Assembly: GCA_038893995.1 (NCBI GenBank)
Contig: JAWAQK010000025.1
Location: 1-32,168 of the forward strand
Direction of reading: 5' to 3'
DNA length: 32,168 bases
DNA from: Candidatus Thorarchaeota archaeon
GTDB lineage: Archaea > Asgardarchaeota > Thorarchaeia > Thorarchaeales > Thorarchaeaceae
Below, one piece after another: positions 26,202-32,168 of this stretch. The notes below the pieces were generated by a model. The model had not been told where the DNA came from and did not search any database. It saw only the letters and a program-made list of their open reading frames with translations. The number at the start of each line of letters is the position of its first letter. Positions within the stretch are counted from its first letter, which is position 1. The position numbers were made by a program, and so were the translations under genes.

Positions 26202-26232
26202 GGGAGAGTTCCGCTCTCTCCCCTCCTTTTTT
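26202..26232 (+). terminator. Hairpin plus T-tract after the permease
   Basis: GGGAGAG (26202-08) / CTCTCCC (26216-22), then TTTTTT (26227-32), 7 nt after the stop and between convergent genes. Confidence 0.6.
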
Positions 26233-26249
26233 CTGTCGTCCGAGTATTC

Positions 26250-27284
26250 TCAGGGGTCTCCCTCATTTTCTTCAGCAGGAGGAAATCCCTCTCGACTTGC
26301 CTTGCTCACAAATGGCTGTAAGTCGTCCCATGTCTCGTGGAAGACGGACGGAAACGAGCATGGCCTGATAAGCCTCATCTGAACGGTCCCGCTTGCAGTC
26401 CTGTATCTCTCGAGTGCATCCCTGGCACATGTGAGCATGCGCTTGCGTTCGTCCTCGTCCCACACCTGTAGCCTGAACGTGTAACTGTCCTCATACCAGA
26501 TGAAGGCCAGCTCGGGGACGTCTGCGTCGAGCACAGTCACCTCTCGAATTAGCCTCCACGGCCAGAAGGTCGACATCTGCTCGAGCCGGGGGCTCGCACC
26601 ATAGAAGCTTATGGCCATGCCCTCGTCGGCAAATACGATGTCAGGGTCCCTCTCTTGGAACTTCTTCCTTGGCTTGGCCGAGGGTCCTGTCTTTATCCAG
26701 TCGTGCCACTTGAGCCTGATCCGCTCAACATTGTGGCATCTTGCCAGTGTGTATTCGACTGCTGCTGCAGTGCCATGATGAGCAAGCCCGGGTAACGAGG
26801 GCCTCTGCAGATATCTCTCCACGAGTCCCGTGACTGTATCTACATCTTCTTCTGGCACTATCGACCAGACCTGGAAAAAGGCCTCTCCCCTGGCACGCAT
26901 GAAGAGAAACAGTATACCTCCCGGACCGATCACGTCGTAACCATCAGGCGGAGTCTCGCTTATTGGCCATGTCTTGTCATCCTTGCAGCAGTTTACCCGG
27001 GAACTGTCAAATGCTATGACTTCGGGCCAGGTGACATCGAATTGGACCGTATAGCTCTTTCCCCTCTTCTTGCGTGGGAGTAGGAACTCCACGCCCGTCT
27101 GACTGATACGGGTCTCACCGTGGATCTTACTGTAAGGGTCAGCTCCAACGTAGTCGTATGATGCATCCTTCTCGAACAAGCCGTTCACCCATTCGAATAT
27201 CTGGTCTTCCTCACACTCCTGTCTGACGGGAACGGGAAAACGCTTATGTCTTTCTGACTTGGGAACCCCACAGGTTGTGAACAC
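26250..27284 (-). CDS. Hypothetical protein, possibly two PH-like domains
   Basis: 344-aa ORF with two beta-rich units, each ending QVW...E..(helix)..ERY; start uncertain. Confidence 0.65.
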   Translation of the reverse strand: MFTTCGVPKSERHKRFPVPVRQECEEDQIFEWVNGLFEKDASYDYVGADPYSKIHGETRISQTGVEFLLPRKKRGKSYTVQFDVTWPEVIAFDSSRVNCCKDDKTWPISETPPDGYDVIGPGGILFLFMRARGEAFFQVWSIVPEEDVDTVTGLVERYLQRPSLPGLAHHGTAAAVEYTLARCHNVERIRLKWHDWIKTGPSAKPRKKFQERDPDIVFADEGMAISFYGASPRLEQMSTFWPWRLIREVTVLDADVPELAFIWYEDSYTFRLQVWDEDERKRMLTCARDALERYRTASGTVQMRLIRPCSFPSVFHETWDDLQPFVSKASREGFPPAEENEGDP

Positions 27285-27286
27285 TC

Positions 27287-27994
27287 ATGAGCAGTAAACG
27301 AACTGGCGAACCGACTGCAGACCGACCTGATAGCATGGACGTGGACTCGTTTGAGTTTGATCCGAGCAGTCTAGATCTTGAGTGGTCGAAGGACTTCATC
27401 ACAGTCTTCGACGGATATAGGATCCACAGATGCTTCGACCTGACATTCATAGAGAAGGCACTGGGAGAGGGCAAGCTCGGCAAGGACTTCATCAGACAGT
27501 GGAAGTTCGTGCGGACGGTCCTCCATCGCTTTGCTGCAGTGTCGCCTGAGGTCCCAGGCGTGATGACATGGTACACCAGACGGCAGGCCCTGCGATTCTT
27601 CTCACTGATCCTGATCACAGTCACCGTTCCTGCGGTCGTCCTCTCTTGGGTCTTCTATCAGGTGTGGCTCATTCCCTACACGATTACGTTGGCCATCATT
27701 GCGGGGTTGACAATGGCCATTACCTGGACTATGGGACACTACTACAACCGAAAGATCGCCTGGGCAATTGAGCACTACTGGGAGGACCACCCGGAACTCT
27801 TGGTGCGTGAGAAGATGGCATTGAAACGATGGACCCAGACGACAATTCACCACGCTCGTCGTCTGATGAGGAGGACTGGTGCAGACCCGGCGAAGAATCT
27901 GATAAAGTTCTACAACAACGACTACGAGGGCATTCGAGTCCTGAACGAGCCGAACCTGTACAGGAAGCACTACACTGTTCAACTTGAGGTGTAA
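27287..27994 (+). CDS. Hypothetical two-TM membrane protein
   Basis: 235 aa with a central helical hairpin (FFSLILITVTVPAVVLSWVF / YTITLAIIAGLTMAITW) and soluble flanks. Confidence 0.75.
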   Translation: MSSKRTGEPTADRPDSMDVDSFEFDPSSLDLEWSKDFITVFDGYRIHRCFDLTFIEKALGEGKLGKDFIRQWKFVRTVLHRFAAVSPEVPGVMTWYTRRQALRFFSLILITVTVPAVVLSWVFYQVWLIPYTITLAIIAGLTMAITWTMGHYYNRKIAWAIEHYWEDHPELLVREKMALKRWTQTTIHHARRLMRRTGADPAKNLIKFYNNDYEGIRVLNEPNLYRKHYTVQLEV

Positions 27995-28025
27995 ATGCCA
28001 TTGTCGTTCGAGGACGACACCGCCC

Positions 28026-29144
28026 TCACTCTACCAGCTCCTCTATGGGTACATACTCTGTGTCGAAGCCAAAGTGCGATGGTCCCAGACACTGAAGTCC
28101 CGCAGGCTCCCTGAAGATAGGACTGGCAGTCTTCATTCCCACTACGCTCACCAGGTCATCCTTCTTGAGATCAGTGTTTGTGATGGGTTCGCCCGTCTTC
28201 TGATCGATGATCTCTATGAGGTCTGGGCTCATCACCCAGTACCTGTCGTCGAGCCAGCTCATGTGATTCTCGTTCTTGAACCATACCCTGAGCTCCGAGC
28301 CGGGCCTGACTCCGGAGCCTCGTATCAGTGTCTCACCCCACATGTAGCCTTCTCGGTTCTCCCATTTCTTCCCGACGACCCTCCCTCGGAACAGGACCCA
28401 TCCACCGACCCTCTCTGCTATGGCGTCTGCAGGATCGTCTCCAGATTCCCGAGAGGTGCGAATTGCCCTGCCCACATCCAACGCAGTGGTGAGCGTCCCT
28501 GGGATCACGGCCTCTCTGAACTCGGCTCCTCGCAGTGGGAATGCCACATTTCCCACACGGCCCCAGGCGGCCTCGCTGAGTGCCTTGGATATCCTCTCTC
28601 CCATCTCATAGCTGACAATATTCTCAACGATTGTGGTGTCCCCATACCAGTCGACCAGCGCCATTGGACCCATCGAGAGCCCCTTGATACACACAGTGTT
28701 CTGACTTATCTCGGGGACTGCTCGTCCCGAATAGTCGCCGTCCACACAGCGGGTCCGATGCTTCACGGCAGCATCAATGGGCGCCGGGGTATTGACTCCA
28801 CCGAGCTCGAATGGCACTACTGCCGCAAACTTGACGCCCATGTAGTCCTCGAGGACCCTCAACCCCGTCGACAGTTCAGCCTCGAAGTGACTCATCACCA
28901 TCCGGTTCCTTGCTCGTTCGACCTCCGGCGTAGGAGGGGCTATGGTGCCCGAGTAATATGCACAGGCAAGCCAGTCTGATTCGCGAATCTCTTCACAAGG
29001 CAGTAGTTCTATTGCGTTGCCACTGTCAGCGTGGGGATAGAGCATCTTCAGACCTAGTTCCTTGCTACCGCCTCCCCCTGTACCAAAGAACGTACAGCCA
29101 GTGGCAAGATCTTCCATGTCTGTCCTACTTTCGAGCCTCGTCAT
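28026..29144 (-). CDS. DUF917-family protein (family includes thiohydantoin desulfurases)
   Basis: FFGTGGGG, PFELGGVN, VDGDYSGRAVPE, FKNEN, MSPDLI. Confidence 0.9.
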   Translation of the reverse strand: MTRLESRTDMEDLATGCTFFGTGGGGSKELGLKMLYPHADSGNAIELLPCEEIRESDWLACAYYSGTIAPPTPEVERARNRMVMSHFEAELSTGLRVLEDYMGVKFAAVVPFELGGVNTPAPIDAAVKHRTRCVDGDYSGRAVPEISQNTVCIKGLSMGPMALVDWYGDTTIVENIVSYEMGERISKALSEAAWGRVGNVAFPLRGAEFREAVIPGTLTTALDVGRAIRTSRESGDDPADAIAERVGGWVLFRGRVVGKKWENREGYMWGETLIRGSGVRPGSELRVWFKNENHMSWLDDRYWVMSPDLIEIIDQKTGEPITNTDLKKDDLVSVVGMKTASPIFREPAGLQCLGPSHFGFDTEYVPIEELVE

Positions 29145-29253
29145 TGTGGCATACCACCCATTGTCTGTTCGTTTCCGATATCAAGAGGGACGTAGTGCTG
29201 AGTTGGGTCCTCCTGTCAGGTTCGACTCTCTGAACACACACTAGTCCGATGCG

Positions 29254-30204
29254 CTACAGCTCGACTCGTCCAGCGGTCGCCTTACCATGATCGACCGTTA
29301 TCACGAATCCCTTCAAGATACCCTCGCGGTATTCCGAACCGGGATTGACGCAGAGAGTCCTTCCGATGTTCGTGAACCCCACCGACTCGTGAATGTGACC
29401 ATGCATCGATACGAGAGGCTGGTACTTCTCAATGACCTTCCTGACCGCAGTACTTCCGACCGGCTTTGTCAGGGCGAAGCCTCCGGAATACTCTATCCTG
29501 TGATCGCCTGTGAGTGCCGGTGCAGTGTCTAGTCCGGATCCGTAGGGGGGCGCATGGAAATTGCACAGCAGATTCTCGTAGTCGGACGCACTGACGCGGG
29601 CAAACTCATCCTCAAGCTTGCGCTCGAGCTCCTCCTCGCTACACTGTCTCGGAGTTGCCCATGGGGTGTCATTCACCCACTCACAACTGATGAGTTTGTG
29701 GACAGGGCCTATCTCAACGACCCTCTTGAGCGGATATATGGCTCTCTCGTGATTCATGATGATATCATCTATGACCCACGGGTCGTCATTTCCTGGATTG
29801 ACCACCAGTATCACGTTCTCCGGGATCATCTTTGCAGCAAGGTCAAGCCAAGATATCAGGCGCTCCCTCATGAGTCGAGTGAACAGCTCCTCTTGTTTGG
29901 TCTTGTCCTCCTGCAGCTGAGCAATATCCTCCTCGGTCAGGACTACTGGGTAATATCCCTCGTTTGACTGCTGTTCGACGAACTTGTCCACATCGCTCTT
30001 CTTCTTGAATTCCTTCTTCTTACCATAAGGTTGCGCGTACCACCTTTCTTCCTTCTCCTGGACGACTGGCACTATTGCCTTGCCTGTCAGGTCTCCACAC
30101 ATCATGGCCACATCGACCTTGAAGGTGGATGGTGCTCGACACATCTGATACCAAGTCTTGTTGCTACCGTGCGGATCGCATGCCTGGAATATCCTCAGAC
30201 CCAT
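29254..30204 (-). CDS. Calcineurin-like (Icc-related) metallophosphoesterase
   Basis: CDPHG, CGDLTG, PGNDD, FHAPP, HGHIHE, NPGSEY. Confidence 0.88.
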   Translation of the reverse strand: MGLRIFQACDPHGSNKTWYQMCRAPSTFKVDVAMMCGDLTGKAIVPVVQEKEERWYAQPYGKKKEFKKKSDVDKFVEQQSNEGYYPVVLTEEDIAQLQEDKTKQEELFTRLMRERLISWLDLAAKMIPENVILVVNPGNDDPWVIDDIIMNHERAIYPLKRVVEIGPVHKLISCEWVNDTPWATPRQCSEEELERKLEDEFARVSASDYENLLCNFHAPPYGSGLDTAPALTGDHRIEYSGGFALTKPVGSTAVRKVIEKYQPLVSMHGHIHESVGFTNIGRTLCVNPGSEYREGILKGFVITVDHGKATAGRVEL

Positions 30205-30300
30205 TGGATAATTACTCCTTTAGTGATAGGTCATTGATGTTAATATCCGGTTAAGAGCTTAATGGTGACGACCAGGCCAGCTTAAGAAATGGTTAAAAGT
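30205..30300. promoter_or_regulatory. Divergent promoter region rich in TTAA cores
   Basis: AT-rich with repeated TTAA (GATGTTAA, GGTTAAG, CTTAAT, CTTAAG, GGTTAAAA); AAGGAG SD on the minus strand before the phosphoesterase. Confidence 0.45.
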
Positions 30301-30324
30301 TCGTACTGGAATCAGCTACCCGAT

Positions 30325-31119
30325 ATGTCGAGGCCATTTGGTGAGATTCTGGATGACTACCAGGCTGAGGCCAAGAGAATCGTTGACGCGGCCTCTTCGA
30401 GAGGATTCATACTCAGGATCCTCGGCTGCCTGGCGTTCAGGATACAGTGTCCCGAATATGTTGACCTGCATAAGAGCATGGGTCGAGAGGTCACTGACAT
30501 AGACTTCGCAGCCTATTACAAGGACATGGGCAAGATACGGAATCTGTTCCGAGATGACCTGGGATACACCTTTGTTCCGCCAGGATTTGCACGAGCGACG
30601 ACCCTTCGTGACCTCTTCATCAACCCGAAGACGAACTTCAAGGTGGACGTCTTCTACGACCAGCTCGAATTCTGTCATAAGATAGAGCTGAAGAAGGGAA
30701 GACGCCTCGACGTTGACCCGTATACGCTGCCCCTCGCCGAACTCTTCTTGGAGAAGACACAGATAGTCGAGATCAACGCGAAAGACCTGAAGGACCTGAT
30801 CATCCTGTTTCTCGCGCATGATATATCGGACACGCTCGATGATTCGAGGATCAACGGAAAATACATCGCCAAGATCCTCAGCGATGACTGGGGATTCTAT
30901 CATACCGTCACTGAGAACCTGAAGAAGTTCCAGGATTTCGTGTCGGGAGAGAGTGCCCTATCAGAGGAACAGAGAGAACTGATCCGACAACGTTCACTCA
31001 AACTGTTCCAGCTCATCGAGAATGAACCCAAGACAGGTGGTTGGAAACGCAGGGCTGCGATAGGCACGAAGCAGCGCTGGTATAAGATCGTACATGCCAT
31101 GGAGGGCGAGCGAAAGTAG
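30325..31119 (+). CDS. Uncharacterised nucleotidyltransferase-fold protein (Pol-beta/AbiEii-like signature)
   Basis: LRILGCLAF...REVTDIDF...KVDVF...LAELFLEK...KDLKDL matches the hG(G/x)xA...RxTxDxD...hD...K...KD..D pattern; ATG 30325 or 30289. Confidence 0.65.
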   Translation: MSRPFGEILDDYQAEAKRIVDAASSRGFILRILGCLAFRIQCPEYVDLHKSMGREVTDIDFAAYYKDMGKIRNLFRDDLGYTFVPPGFARATTLRDLFINPKTNFKVDVFYDQLEFCHKIELKKGRRLDVDPYTLPLAELFLEKTQIVEINAKDLKDLIILFLAHDISDTLDDSRINGKYIAKILSDDWGFYHTVTENLKKFQDFVSGESALSEEQRELIRQRSLKLFQLIENEPKTGGWKRRAAIGTKQRWYKIVHAMEGERK

Positions 31120-31151
31120 GCCAAACTGCCGGTACGTTGGGTGATTCAAAC

Positions 31152-32168
31152 ATGAAACTTAGCAAGGAAAACGCGCTAGACATGCTTATCGGAGCAGGCA
31201 TACTGGGAACGGGTGGCGGTGGACACCCCGAGAACTTTGGAAAACCGATTGTTGAGTGGGACTATGCAAGAGGCCGGGTGTACGAACTGACCGATCCTGA
31301 GCAAGTCCGCGATGACGCCTTCATTGTCTGCGGAGGATATATGGGGAGCGTGAAGGCGTTTACGTCCGTCGGTAATATGCTCGAGGTGTGGGAGTCGAGA
31401 TACGAGTTGCTAGAGGCAATGAGAGTCACCGAGAAGATCACCGGCAAGAAGGTGAACCACCTCGTCCCGTTCGAGATCGGTGGGCTGAACACTACAGTGA
31501 TGCTGTCTCTGGCTGCAAGAACAGGGATCACGACTGTTGACGGGGATGGACTCGGCCGTTCCGCCCCGGAGACCCAGATGATTACTTTCGTGGGGTATGG
31601 AATCGAACTGTGTCCAATGCCTGTGGTAACACGCAATGGTAGCGTGATAATAGTCGACAGGACTTCCAGTCCCGCCCTTGCTGACGAGATCGGTAGATTC
31701 GCCGTCGTTCAGGACGGAGGCGCAGGAGCCAATAATCACTACTACCAGACCGGGGCACAATTGAAACGAGCTGTCATCCCCAACAGCATTACAAAGGCAA
31801 TGACATTGGGAGAGCATATTCGTGACGCCAATGAGCACGGCCGCGATCCAATAGATGCGTTTCACGAGGTAATGGGTGGAAAGACACTCTTGACCGGCAC
31901 CGTCAAGCAACTGATCGGAGAGGACAGGGCCGGTCACTGGCATGTTCGCATGGTCATTGCAGCAGAGGACAGGAAGGGCAAGATCGAGGTGACTGTAAAG
32001 AACGAGTACATGATGCTGACCTGCGACGACCGACCGTGTGTCATGTTCCCGGACCTCATATGCATACACTATCCGGACACTGGCTACGGTGTGATGAGCT
32101 CTGATCTGAAAGAGGGCATGAGGGTGGTCGTCACAGCCGTAGCCGCTCATGAGCGTCTACGTCATGCC
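31152..32168 (+). CDS. Second DUF917-family protein; runs off the right edge
   Basis: Not in the ORF track. Manual translation: MKLSKENALDMLIGAGILGTGGGG...PFEIGGLN...VDGDGLGRSAPE...VKNEY...MFPDLI; GGTGAT SD upstream. Confidence 0.88.
   Translation, partial: MKLSKENALDMLIGAGILGTGGGGHPENFGKPIVEWDYARGRVYELTDPEQVRDDAFIVCGGYMGSVKAFTSVGNMLEVWESRYELLEAMRVTEKITGKKVNHLVPFEIGGLNTTVMLSLAARTGITTVDGDGLGRSAPETQMITFVGYGIELCPMPVVTRNGSVIIVDRTSSPALADEIGRFAVVQDGGAGANNHYYQTGAQLKRAVIPNSITKAMTLGEHIRDANEHGRDPIDAFHEVMGGKTLLTGTVKQLIGEDRAGHWHVRMVIAAEDRKGKIEVTVKNEYMMLTCDDRPCVMFPDLICIHYPDTGYGVMSSDLKEGMRVVVTAVAAHERLRHA

Noticed and set aside
27984-28979. Long antisense ORFs (331 aa here; also 11846..12667, 19659..20324, 19891..20625, 31410..32150, 6446..7057)
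   Set aside because: They are shadow frames of well-supported genes on the opposite strand and carry no motifs.
1-32168. CRISPR array, rRNA/tRNA, IS or integrase
   Set aside because: No regularly spaced repeats, RNA-gene signatures, transposase or recombinase motifs, or terminal inverted repeats were seen.

Overview
Archaeal-looking window. It has GGTGA(T) Shine-Dalgarno motifs, TATA-like boxes, a SAMP/MoaD protein and RamA/MtaA/corrinoid genes. Asgard/Thorarchaeia-like origin is plausible but is inference only. Left end: a probable divergent restriction-modification pair (SPPY-type amino-methyltransferase running off the left edge, and a PD-(D/E)XK nuclease with a C-terminal Zn finger), then two small paralogous 2-TM proteins. 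The core is an anaerobic catabolic region: (i) co-oriented aminotransferase, glycyl-radical enzyme (GRE), kdgK and eda, with no activase and no canonical Entner-Doudoroff (ED) dehydratase; (ii) V4R/ATC-hydrolase-like, MBL-fold and UroD-family genes; (iii) a secreted HExxH metalloprotease and an atypical receiver protein; (iv) a corrinoid module (RamA-like activator, MtaA-like MT2, corrinoid protein) lacking a classical MT1, followed by a non-canonical GlcD/GlcF-like pair; (v) SAMP, a HARE-HTH/Mrr-like probable pseudo-nuclease, an APC permease and a tandem PH-like protein; (vi) a mirror-arranged cassette of DUF917 <- metallophosphoesterase <- -> nucleotidyltransferase-fold protein -> DUF917. 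Best candidates for undescribed systems are a radical (GRE) entry into an ED-type pathway and the NTase/phosphoesterase/DUF917 cassette. No rRNA, tRNA, CRISPR array or transposase was seen.
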